From contig OZ024742.1 of NCBI GenBank assembly GCA_964016885.1, forward strand, positions 21,390,001 through 21,454,000: DNA of 64,000 bases, written 5' to 3'. Source of the DNA: Eledone cirrhosa (lineage: Eukaryota). The position numbers were made by a program, and so were the translations under genes. Shown one piece after another: positions 40,601-52,747 of the stretch. The first letter of the stretch is position 1; every line of letters begins with the position of its first letter. The notes below the pieces were generated by a model. That model was not told where the DNA came from, ran no database searches, and saw nothing but the letters and a program-made list of their open reading frames with translations.

Positions 40601-41501
40601 ATATTTCTGACAAGTTTGAATTTCATGTAAATGTAATGAAGAGATCTGGCCGACCAAATTTTCTGACATAGGCCATTGCATCTTGCGTACGTTCATGCAT
40701 GATGGTAATATGAAGTTTGATGGTAATATGACTGGCTGGCCAATATTTCTTGGGTCAACATCAGAATTGGATGGCATCTCTAAGGTGGATGTAGTCATCT
40801 GCCCTCAACTAAGTTTGATTCCTTCGCAGAAAACCCAATCTTTCTGTTTCAATGTTGGCATACATGTCCACCATGAATTGGCTGGTTACTTCTTTGAATC
40901 GCAGAACTTGGTTGAAGTGATCACGTACCATGAAATGATAAGCATAGAATTATTTGCAGCTGATTGATCGGCCAGTGTCTTGTCCCGTTCCTGGGCTGAT
41001 CTGCCGTAGCTGAAAATGATATCCATATTGACCATTCCAAAAGATGAGCGGATATTGGAGTGAATCATAGGCTCTATGAGTTTCACAAATTCGCTCCAAA
41101 TGTCCTCTTCATTTTTGCAAAACAATGTCACGTTGTTCATGCAGTTCATCAACCATTATGATTGCAACTTCATCAGTGACAGGTGCATTCAATCTGCGTT
41201 CATGGCCTGAAGCTGGGCGTTTTTCTGCCCTAATGATGAATTTACGATCTCTGTTCATATGCTCCAGTGGATATTTAAATACACTGACGTACATGTGATG
41301 TTGGGGAAGCATTTCTTGTAACTTTATGACTATGTAGAACTGCAATCCACCATGGACATTGGTAGATCTTTGTTGTGCCTGTGTTTCATTTCCACCCATG
41401 AAGTAAACCTGCACAAATTTGTGAGGCTCCTGTGAAAGTGGCAGAAGGCCACCCATTAAGTGGTAACACTGTCCCTGAATTTTATTACACTTGTTATACA
41501 C
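37690..41501 (-). pseudogene. Helitron RepHel ORF with many frameshifts and stops
   Basis: ORF pieces 41109-41501, 40130-40798, 39454-39999 and 37924-38904 are in colinear Rep-to-helicase order. Confidence 0.9.
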
Positions 41502-41504
41502 TTG

Positions 41505-42365
41505 TTATTAAGAACCTCAGACCCCCACTTAACAACCGGGCTGAGAGAAATGAGCTGACATGGCTAACTTAACCATAGTGACCATTCACAGCCTACGGCC
41601 TGCTATCTTCACACACACGCACGTATATGCATACCCATATGCATACACACACACATCTATATTTATACACGCACACATGTTTTTACAACCTACCACCTTT
41701 CACACCCTTTGATTTCCAGCTTCTACAGCCCACTATCTTTCACACACAAACGCACTCACACATATACACACACAGTTACACACACATGTATACCCATACG
41801 CTTACACACACACATCTATATTTATACACTTACACATGTTTTACAACCTACCACCTTTCACACCCTTTGATTTCCAGCTTCTACAGCCCACTATCTTTCA
41901 CACACACACACACTCACACATATACACACTTACACTTATACACACACAGTTACACACACATATATATTTACACACACATATCTTACGGCTTTCACACGCT
42001 AGCGCACCCTCTTGATTTAACCCATTTGGTCAGTAGCTTTTGCCACAGCTTATCACGCGCACGCGCATTCTTTCCCTCGTTTAAATTTTAAATAATTTTC
42101 TCCCCATAACGGCATTCCTGTCTTAACGACATCACCACTTTCTCCGCTTGGCCTGTTCCCCCCCCCCCCTTTTTGGAACTTTCCCCCTGTTGATGGGCGT
42201 GAGCCCGAAATATTGGGATTAAATCTCTACTACGGTAACCCTTCTACCTTTGTTTTGTTTTCATCTTTGTCTCTCTCAATTTTCACTTTCACCTGTTTTT
42301 CCTATCTATCTTTCACTTCCTACCTCGAGATTTCCCTCTGCATTGTTGTGGCTTTCTTAAATACG
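41505..42365 (+). mobile_element. Probable Penelope-like 3' fragment (ORF tail, CA-rich UTR with ~160-bp duplication, decayed hammerhead)
   Basis: LRPPLNNRAERNEL-like tail at about 41516-41560. Direct repeat near 41640 and 41800. CUGUUGA-uGGGC GUGA GCCC-GAAA at about 42187-42210. Ends in (TA)n. Confidence 0.5.
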
Positions 42366-42456
42366 TATATATATATATATATATAGTAAAATAATAAATT
42401 TGAAGACTAAAATCCAAAGAGGGCTCGATAAATATATATCAAATATATAAGAACCG

Positions 42457-42496
<40 letters not shown>

Positions 42497-42835
42497 CAAG
42501 CGTTATTATATTTTGATTCATCTATAATATCTACCAGGCAGTAATTATCTGTAACGTAATCTTTAAACAATACTATTACTGTATATATATTTTAAGAAGT
42601 CATATCTTTTGGTACAATTTAGATGTCTGATGCAACGAATTGGGTAGACTTCTTGGTTCAATCCCCATTGTAGAGATTGCTTCAATTTTAGACGTCCCAT
42701 GTACGTCAATACTGATTCTTCTTTCTATTTAGAGTGTTTTTTCATAATCCCAACTAACAGACTAATTCTATGTAGTCAAATAGACCGTAAGCACATGTTA
42801 ATACCTAATTTTAACATTCGCTAGTCATTTGTAAA

Positions 42836-42902
<67 letters not shown>

Positions 42903-42930
42903 ACACGCACACACACGCACACGCACACGC

Positions 42931-43001
<71 letters not shown>

Positions 43002-43070
43002 AGTGTTTGTTTACAAATGACTAGCGAATGTTAAAATTAGGTATTAACATTATATGTTATATATGTATAT

Positions 43071-43251
43071 AACAAAGAGCGTGTGGTAAGATACCAGGTG
43101 GACCATAACACAGCAGAGTACTCAATACTTAGGGTAGTACAGTGGGTAATAGGAACAGAGTCAGGACCCGACGTATTCAATACTGGTGGCTTACTTTGGA
43201 CCTATCTGCCGAAACCTCCGGAGCTCAGCTGTCAGGGTCCTGACTCTTTTC

Positions 43252-43252
<1 letters not shown>
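43071..43252 (-). mobile_element. Family B pLTR terminus (diverged)
   Basis: Similar to 31759 and 61491. Confidence 0.6.
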
Positions 43253-43333
<81 letters not shown>

Positions 43334-44241
43334 GCATGCATGTGAGTATGTGTGTGTGTGGACAACTTTAGTAAAACTATAATAAAACCTGAAAGAGGAA
43401 ATAACTGAACCCTGCTTTATTTAAATTTCTTATATAAAATATTCAAATGATATACATGTTGTCCTTCAGTAATATAATATCTGGTCATAAGTTTAACTAA
43501 ACAATACAGTATATGTGCAATGTATGAATTTAGAAGCGACACAGGTTTACTTTCAAATACTGCTATAAATATTTTAATCGGATCTTTGTTTCAATAGGAG
43601 CCATAAAATAATAACATTCTTTGAAGTCACAACAGAGCAAGCCATTAAATATAGTCATAGTTTAGAAGATTTCTTACTTTCAATTATATACTATTATCCC
43701 ATAAGCAAGTATACGTTTACGGATTTGCATGAACGACAAGAAAAAGTTAATGTTTATAAAGAGTTATAAACGAAGCATCTAAAGTGGTTCTAAGATGTTC
43801 CAGTGTTTCAAATGTTAAGCTATAAAAACTGAGTTTACTTTTCAAAGGTGATATACAAAACAATGAGATTGATAAATTTATAGGTCTCCATTTTCTGTTA
43901 ATAAATAGATTATCTGCCACTCTGCTGATGTCTATGCTAAAATACATATTAATGAGGAAAGCACGTCATTTTCTTGAAACTACAATATATAAATCAACAT
44001 TACACAAGAATGAATTTCCGGAGACAAACGCGCTGACAAACCAAACAGAATATGTACACCCGGATACACCAACATGAATAAGCATGCCGATAAATACATT
44101 ACGTGTACACACCCTCGCTCTCTCTCTCCCTCTCCTTCTTCCTCTCTCTCTCTCTCCCTTTCCCTATGTATATATGTTTACAAATGAATAGAATATTATT
44201 ATTAATTTTCGATATCTCCCATACGTACATATGTATATATA

Positions 44242-44289
<48 letters not shown>

Positions 44290-44347
44290 CGTGTGTGTGT
44301 ACGCATGCATACGTGTGTGTGTGTGTACGTATGGATATTTAAGAAAA

Positions 44348-44387
<40 letters not shown>

Positions 44388-46862
44388 GTTCCACCACTAT
44401 CTACGTCTCCAGCAGCGGTCAGCAGATTGTCTTCACTACGTAGAAGTTTGGATTTTAGCAAAATTCTTCACCACGTGCGAGTTTGGCTTACCACCCTGAC
44501 AGCGCTCTATATATCCTCGTGTCCTACACAATTTTGCGTCTCATCAACGTCAGTATGGATTTATACGAACTGAATTACTCCCTGAAGAACATTCCAACTC
44601 CCTCCAACCATGTTTACCAAAGGCTCCTCCTACAAAAAGCGGAAGATGTCGCCAGGCGCTTAAGATGGTGAGCCCTAGCTTTCGACGGCAAAATTACAGG
44701 CACCAACAATACCTTCAGCCTGAAATCGCGAGCCTACCCTCCTAAGGTAACAGAACTTGCTCCTTTCGAGACGGACCTTCTTGACTTAGTCGCTAACATT
44801 TCCTTTCGCAAACACGCTAACACCTTTCAAACGAAACTCAGTAACGATATTAAGAAATTTATGTCTTCTAATAACACCTTCGTCCTTTCCGACAAAACTA
44901 ATAATATTTACGAGGTCGACACCACCACTTTTCGCCACCTGGTCCATAACGCTATTACTTCTAAATATGAGAAAGCTAACCCTATGGCCTACCACGACAT
45001 TAATACAGAAGCCAAGGAAATCAGCACCGACCTTCAGGTAGATAAGAAGCTACAATCTCTAGTTAAGCGGGAGGCGTTCCTCACCCTGAAAGATCACAAG
45101 GTAGACTTTACTTCTAACCCCACATGTAGACTAATAAACCCGGCACGCACAGATATGGAACTAGTCAGTAAGGCCATACTTAGAAACATAGTTAAGACCA
45201 TTAGAACCAAGTCCAACCTGCCCCAGTGGGAGAACAGCGACTCCGTAATTTAACTCCTTAATATCCAAAAAAAGAGAAGTTCACACAGTTTGACATTGTC
45301 GATTTTTACCCGTCGATCTCAGAGACCCTATTAAACAAAGCGTTGGACTTCGCTACCACTTATACCACCGTCGATGGTTTAGACAGGGAAATCATCGCTC
45401 ACTGCCGGAAAACCCTCCTCTTAAACGACGAGGGCAAAGAAGTCTACATCTTCAGACCTGTTCGACGTCTTCATGGGATCGTTTGACAGTGCTGACGTAT
45501 GTGACTTGCTTGGCCTTTTTATCTTAGACATATTACGTGTTAGATTCCAAGACTTCCACACGGGAATATACCGTGACGTTGGACTGACCTTATCGAGTTT
45601 AAAAAAGACTTAGCTTCTACCTTTAATGAGTTAGGCCTTAGGATAACAGTAACCACCAACCTCTCTTGCGTAGATTTCTTAGACATTAATTTAGACCATC
45701 GCACACACACCCACAGAGCCTTCCATAAGCTAAACGAGAAACTTAATTACATTCACAAGGACTCATGCCACCATCCCACTGTTTTTAGAAACTTTTGAAG
45801 AATATCAGTACTAGAATCTCAAACCTCTCCTCTAATAAGGTTGTCTTTGACAGGGCGGCACCCTACTATAACACGGCGTTGGCTAACAGCGGCTTCTCAC
45901 AACCTATCACTTACTCTCACACTAGCAACAACACCAATAAGAAAAGTAAGCCCCAACAATAGACAAACTATCTGGTTCTCTCCTCCCTTCTCACTCAACG
46001 TTAAAACCAATGTAGGAAAAACATTTCTAGCCCTCTTAGATAGATACTTCCCCATAGGGCATAAATACCGCTCCATCTTTAACCGACACAAAGTTAAACT
46101 AGGATACTTCTGCGCTAAGAACATGAAGGCCCACATCACCAGCAGCCCTAGGAGCAACACCCCACCAGGGTTCTCTTGCCGTAAGCCTGAAGCTTGCCTC
46201 CTTCAACAGCAATGCAACACACCAGCTGTAATCTATGAAGCTGTGGCCACTTCCAACCGACCAAACGAATCACAGGATGTCAAATCCTATGTGGGCATGG
46301 CGGAGGGCCGATTCAAGGGGAGTTTCCTGAACCACCAGTGTACCTTCAGATACCCGGACAGACGTTCATCCACGAAACTCGCGAGCCACGTATAGTCCCT
46401 CAAGGACTCAAGTATAGGCTACTCCATTCAATGGAAAGCCATCACTAAGTCCAAGCCATACGCAAGGGGAAATCCGAGAGTGTGGCTTATGTATTGACGA
46501 ACGAATAACTATCCTTTAGAGATTACGCAATAGTTATTGCCTAAACACGAGAAGTGAATCTTTCACACGTTGTCCACACGTCACCAAACATCTATTGCAT
46601 AACTACAAGGCTCCGGACTGATTCTTTGTAATTGTATTTTTATTTTATTTTCAACCAAAAAACTTTCCGGACTTTCGCAGTTATCTCCCTTACACCTCTC
46701 GCACGCAGTCTAGTATTGCCTGTGTGAAGTGACCGGGTTTCTGTGCATGCGCGTTCGTACGGTTGTCCTTCCTGTTCCTATAACCATACACATCCCGGGC
46801 TGAAGATCCGCTGAGGTGAAACAATTCTTCTCGGTATGGTGAACTAACTGTTGGGTAACTAC
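44388..46862 (+). mobile_element. Near full-length decayed Penelope-like element, Naiad-type (RT + GIY-YIG)
   Basis: Starts at ATG 44555 with NYSLKNIP, then DKTNNIY, TLKDHK, CRLINPA, FDIVDFYPSI, MGSFDSADV, YRDV (for YRDD), WFSPPFS, CRKPEACLL, VIYEA..YVG and CGLC, ending near 46621. Decayed CUGAAGA..GAAACAAUU core at about 46800-46826. Confidence 0.92.
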
Positions 46863-47409
46863 TTCTCTCTCTCTCTATATATATATATATAGAGAGAGAG
46901 AGATGGAAGCAAGTACGTATATATATTTGACATACCGGGAGAAACATCCCTGGAGTGACTCCTTAACGTAATTAGTAATGCCCTTGCTGAGTATCGGAAC
47001 TATGCTAGGTTCGATGTTTGGAGGTGTCTCTGCCCACTTTATATTATCCTTAGGAGTAATTTACCTCAATTCTAAACTATATAATAATTATCGACTACTA
47101 TTGTAATCTTCTGTGCTGACGCAGCAACAATTCAAACTAACACAAATTTCCTTAAAACAACCGGATGTTTACACCGCAAGCTAAAACCTTAAAATCGTCT
47201 TAAAGACGATAGATGTCTTCTGAAAGATGTAGTGTACAATCTGCCGCAGGCGTCTCGCGCTCCATGTTTTTTGTTTGCAAGAGCAATTTACATGAGTTTC
47301 AACTGTTTGGCAATTGATATTATAGTTATCTGCGGTGTGACGACTTCATTTCAAATTTCAAACTTTCTCATTTTTCACTTAGTCAACCGGATATGCCTGC
47401 AGACTCACT

Positions 47410-47524
<115 letters not shown>

Positions 47525-47570
47525 CGAGGTCTAGCAAATAGAGAAAATGTTTTTAAATAAATTTTATTTG

Positions 47571-47912
47571 ACGCTTTCCATTCTGAGTTCAAATCCCGCT
47601 GAGGTCAACTTTGCTTTTCATCCTTGCGGGGTCGATGAAATAAAGTACCAGTGGTGTACTGGGTAATTGCTGGCCTTGTGCCAAAAGTAGAAACAATTAT
47701 TACAATATTATTACAAGGGCGGTGGATTGGCAGTATCGGTAGAGGGTCGGGCGCCATGCTTTGAAGCATAGAGTTGCCTCCATTATGATCTTAGTTCAAA
47801 TCCCTCCGAGGTTAACTTTGCCTTTCATCCTTACGGGGTCGATAAAATAAAGTACCAGTATGACACTGTGTAATTGCGGGCCTTGTGCCAAAAGTAGAAA
47901 CAATTATTACAA
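47571..47912 (+). mobile_element. Two tandem SINE family 1 copies (5'-truncated 47571-47706; full length 47717-47912)
   Basis: Same B box, body and AGAAACAATTATTACAAT tail. Confidence 0.85.
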
Positions 47913-48016
47913 TAATATGACCCTCCCCAAGTATAACAATATTTGTTATACTTGGGGAGGGTTATAATGCAAAACAAACTCATCGCCGTCACACACACAC
48001 ACACACGCACACACAC

Positions 48017-48182
<166 letters not shown>

Positions 48183-48349
48183 GTATATATATAATATATA
48201 GTAAGAAACACAGTAAACCGTGTGTCTAAAATTACAAGGGTTGAAAAACCACATATGCTTGAAATATTTAACCAAGAAACAGACAGAATGACAAAATGAA
48301 AATAAAAATATATTATCATAATAATACAAACCGCCTCAATAACCATTAT

Positions 48350-48431
48350 ATCTCTCGGACAGATTATCCCTAATCTGTTTCGCCCTGAGTGTGTTTGTAA
48401 CAGATAATCCTGGGCTTCATCAGCGAGAGAT
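48350..48431 (-). ncRNA. Canonical type I hammerhead ribozyme
   Basis: Reverse complement of 49022-49103. Confidence 0.9.
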
Positions 48432-49021
48432 TGCGATTAAATGCCACAAACACTATTTGCCAACGTTCACACAGAAAGATGAATTCATCACCTCGTGCTT
48501 CGCCAGTCAAACGTGGTAAGCGCGTATTGAACAGAAATAACAGTCCAACACGCACAACTTAATAGCTCAACTTGTAAGGGAGCAGAAATATATATATGAG
48601 AATTAGAACCCTGTAACTATTAAGCTCTAAGTATAAGGTTATTGAGGCGGTTTGTATTATTATGATAATATATTTTTATTTTCATTTTGTCATTCTGTCT
48701 GTTTCTTGGTTAAATATTTCAAGCATATGTGGTTTTTCAACCCTTGTCATTTTAGACACACGGTTTACTGTGTTTCTTACTATATATTGTTAATCGGCTC
48801 AGTATTTATTTGTACTTTATACTTAGAGCTTAATGGTTACAGGGTTCTAATTCTCATATATATATTTCTGCACCCTTACAAGTTGAGCTATTAAGTTGTG
48901 CGTGTTGGACTGTTATTTCTGTTCAATACGCGCTTACCACGTTTGACTGGCGAAGCACGAGGTGATGAATTCATCTTTCTGTGTGAACGTTGGCAAATAG
49001 TGTTTGTGGCATTTAATCGCA

Positions 49022-49103
49022 ATCTCTCGCTGATGAAGCCCAGGATTATCTGTTACAAACACACTCAGGGCGAAACAGATTAGGGATAATCTGTCCGAGA
49101 GAT
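49022..49103 (+). ncRNA. Canonical type I hammerhead ribozyme, GUC cleavage after 49095
   Basis: AUCUCUCG-CUGAUGA-aGCCC..GGGC-GAAA-CAGAUUA ggga UAAUCUG-UC-CGAGAGAU. Stem I is 8 bp, stem III is 7 bp and the core is intact. Confidence 0.92.
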
Positions 49104-49642
49104 ATAATGGTTATTGAGGCGGTTTGTATTATTATGATAATATATTTTTATTTTCATTTTGTCATTCTGTCTGTTTCTTGGTTAAATATTTCAAGCATAT
49201 GTGGTTTTTCAACCCTTGTCATTTTAGACACACGGTTTACTGTGTTTCTTACTATATATTGTTAATCGGCTCAGTATTTATTTGTACTTTATACTTAGAG
49301 CTTAATGGTTACAGGGTTCTAATTCTCATATATATATATATATAAATATACAGGTATTAAAGATGCAAATTAATTGCGTCCGTGAGCGGTGTGCCGAATG
49401 AGCACTCGATGCTCTTGGAAAAGAGAGTATCAATAAAAGAAATATATAATGGAAGAAAATATCAGTGTTGCATCATATACAGATTTAATTACATATTACA
49501 TATCATTCACAATCGATCAGCTCGAGGAATGATCAATTAGTCACTAGAATCGGAAGATCCTCAGATCTGTGTTACCATGTAGACTCACGTCTGCGTCATT
49601 TTTAATAGATATCAATTTCAAAACTTATATCCAAAACATAAC

Positions 49643-49716
49643 TATTTCATCTGACGAACTGGCCGGACGTTTCTGTAAGGATCGTCTAGTTTCTTGAAAC
49701 CTTGGGTAATGGAATA
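49643..49716 (+). ncRNA. Type I hammerhead (CUGACGA core, GUA site)
   Basis: UAUUUCAU-CUGACGA-ACUGG..CUAGU..-GAAAC-CUUGG-GUA-AUGGAAUA. Confidence 0.65.
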
Positions 49717-49829
49717 ATTATATTGTGGTGTTTATTACATAATTAAATAGATCTGTACAATACAGAGCTTTCTTCTTTCCTTTACCTGGTCTAGGGAAAC
49801 ACACACAAATATACATACATATGTGCATG

Positions 49830-50800
49830 TATGAAATCGCTAGCACACCCGACAGCCTCCAGCGCAAGGTACTCAACACCTGCCACCCCAACGCCGTCTC
49901 CTTTTTATGAAGGTACGTGGAAGATATCCTCATCCTCATCCTCACATCTTCCCAGGAGATGGCGAACGGAATTTATGAGACGTTCAACAACACGGGCGAG
50001 AATATTGATTTCAGTGTTGAACACCCTAACGACGACGGCTTCCTTGCCCTCCTCGACTTCCGAATCAACATCACGGAGCAAGGAGGGATCCACACCAACT
50101 TCTACCGCAAGGCTGCCTGCAGGGACTTGTTCGTCCACTCCAGGTCTGCCCTCCTTAACAGTGCTAAAAGAGGGTACATCACGAACGAGATCACGCGAAT
50201 TAAAAACAGATGTAGACCACCCCGTGAGTGGTGTCACCCGCACCAAGCGATTCCTTAGGGTGCTGGAGACGAACGGATACCCAGCCTCGCTTACAAACAG
50301 AGTAAGAGACACCAGATGCAAGAGGCAGAGAAACACCCAAGGCAAGGACTTCCTTAAAGTCCCACACCTGGGCGAGAAAACCACCAACGCTATCCGCAGG
50401 GCTATACGGAGAGAGGGTCGACATCCACCTGGCCCACTGGGGCCCCTCCCTACAGAGATGCCTCTCCAGGAAACCCGGGTAATAGAATGACGCGTGTTCC
50501 CTCAGAAACCTTCCGATGCGCCATACGAACTGTTGCTTACGCACATACGTTGTATACAAGGTAGAATGTGACAAGTGCAACCACTACTATATCGGTAGCA
50601 CAATCCAGGCGCTACATATCCGGATCAAGGAGCACATCAACACCAGGGCCACGTCTTTCCGAAAACACATAACCAAATACGGAAGCAAAGACGGAAGGCC
50701 CATTGTGAAAGTGCTAGCGACAGAACGCAACACTGCACGTTACGAATCAAGGAAGCACTTTGGATCAAACGCCTAGGACCACAAATAAATAACTGATCCA
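49830..50800 (+). mobile_element. Decayed Penelope-like element, RT C-terminal half + GIY-YIG
   Basis: RYVEDIL (YVDD), FLALLDFRI, FYRK, NGYP and VVYKVECDKCNHYYIGSTIQALHIRIKEH, with frameshifts. Confidence 0.88.
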
Positions 50801-51112
50801 AGAGAAGCGAGACGAGGTGGCTGGTCTAACCAAACGAGACAACAACACACGCACGCACAGTGGCATTCGAACGATGGCTATTGTGTGTTTAGCGACCACA
50901 ACATCCACCGATCAACAAGCGACCAGACAGACTACTACACTGCTAGTACCAAAGACCAGGACATATATGTACTACAATGAATTGACAGCTAACGCCATCT
51001 AACGCCATCATAGATTTACCCATCTACATTCTTGAGGTTTCCAAACCAACGCCCCCCACCCCAACATTTTTTTATTTATTATTCCACAATTCTTCAAGCA
51101 AACTTCAATACT

Positions 51113-51152
<40 letters not shown>

Positions 51153-51180
51153 GCATGTATATACATATATATATATATAC

Positions 51181-51227
<47 letters not shown>

Positions 51228-51229
<2 letters not shown>

Positions 51230-51340
51230 TTGTAATAGAATGAAACGAAATTTCATTTCTCACTCTTAGTACGGCACTTACTTAAATGTAAGTATGTATG
51301 TATACGTACATACATATATGTATACAGACGTACAGTAGCA

Positions 51341-51420
<80 letters not shown>

Positions 51421-51847
51421 CAGGTACACATATATATATGTACGTATCAGTTTAGCAGACGTTTATTATAACGCCCGCTTTGTCCGTTTGTAAACAAAAG
51501 GACAGCCTGATTTATGCCGTACGGTGTTGAGGCAACCACGTCACCTTTTTGTTCAACACTGACACAGGAACGATGTACTAGTTTCAAGCTTCTTAGCTAT
51601 CATCAGCACCGTATGCCCTTCTGCCAGATGGTTGAACGTTCGAAAGTATATACTTTCCTTATGAGAATTAACGGCTGAGCAGCCTAATTTGCATATCGAG
51701 TGAGTTCAGTCTGCCAGGCGCACCGAAAACGATAGGTTGTAATAGAATGAAACGAAATTTCATTTCTCACTCTTAGTACGGCACTTACTTAAAAGTAAGT
51801 ATGTATGTATACGTACATACATATATGTATACAGACGTACAGTAGCA

Positions 51848-51852
<5 letters not shown>
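51228..51852 (-). mobile_element. Partial-tandem pLTR/retrozyme-like element (~509-bp period) with minimal hammerhead at 51571-51611
   Basis: 51228-51343 repeats at 51737-51852. Minus strand: CGGUG-CUGAUGA-uAGC uaagaa GCUu-GAAA-CUAG-UA-CAUCG. Confidence 0.78.
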
Positions 51853-51909
<57 letters not shown>

Positions 51910-52140
51910 CCCGCGCAAGCATACACATATACACACAAATACGCGCGCACACATACCTACGCACAACCTTATATACATGTATATATATATATATATATAG
52001 ATATATACATATGTAAATATACATACACATACATACAAAATACACATACATACACATAACTACATACACACATACATACACACATATATATATATATATA
52101 TATATAAAAAACTCTACATGCATACGCACACCCACATATA

Positions 52141-52747
52141 TGGTGGCTGCCAACTCGTTTTCGAGTACGGCCACTACTATATATCCATGTAGGAGAACCC
52201 TACCGATGCGCTGATCGAGTGTAACTTTTTAGTCCAGCCAGCGACTTGAAAATTCTGGCACAAACACTACACTTGTGACAATTATTAACACATAGTACTG
52301 GGCCCATGGTACCATGTGACGACAAGTGCAGAGAGATCTCCAGATATAAAGCAATGCCTGTGCCATAAAGCTTTTATAGTGAGGAAAGGCACTGCACAAA
52401 GCCAGTCCCACTCTCTTAATCAAGATGATATTTACCAAAAAGAAGAACAAGTCAACATCATTGGATACCATCAGGGTTGCAGGTGTTATATCAGAGTTTT
52501 CCTTCTCCTAGAATTCTGCCTTGACAAAGGCTAAGAGGTCATCTCTCCCGGTGATTTTGGATGGCCATTGACTCTTAAGTGCTCCTTTTCCTTTTGACAG
52601 GTTTTGTTTTTAGTCGTGCAGGATGTCCAAAGTCACCCTCCTCACCAAGAAACCTTGGTGGGGTTGCCAGTTTAGTCGCCAACGACCCGACCTTGGGACA
52701 GGTTGTACTGGAATACATGTTACCAGTAGCACCAACTGGTGACCTGA
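52141..52747 (-). mobile_element. Insertion resembling an RTE-type 5' UTR fragment
   Basis: Interrupts a block that is continuous in its inverted partner (about 54120-54165). It contains CAAGGCAG..TCTAGGAGAAGGAAAACTCTGA, which I recall from RTE 5' regions but have not verified. Confidence 0.4.

Larger units (their letters stand above)
36589..41501 (-). mobile_element. Decayed Helitron (Rep + Pif1-like helicase) with intact 3' terminus
   Basis: The minus-strand end reads ACCCGGGTATCACTGAGT (hairpin relic)..CTAG|T at 36589. Fragments include KIQGQCYHLMG, the HUH motif EWQKRGLPHSH, SKYINKG, Walker A DAPAGTGK, IIWDEATM, DFRQTLPV, MLLRNL..CNGT and FAMTINK. Confidence 0.93.
48193..49330. mobile_element. 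Retrozyme/pLTR-like element: 472-bp monomer as one inverted ~445-bp arm plus ~1.5 direct copies
   Basis: The sequence at 48637 repeats at 49109 (period 472). 48193-48636 is a circularly permuted reverse complement. (TA)n lies on both flanks. Confidence 0.88.

Noticed and set aside
44669-44671. In-frame TGA as selenocysteine in the Naiad-type ORF
   Set aside because: The context RRLRW*A suggests CGA(Arg)-to-TGA decay, and the copy has many other lesions.
48370-49345. Repeated 61-80 aa ORFs as small genes
   Set aside because: Non-ATG starts, no recognisable domain, and identity is explained by the repeated non-coding monomer.
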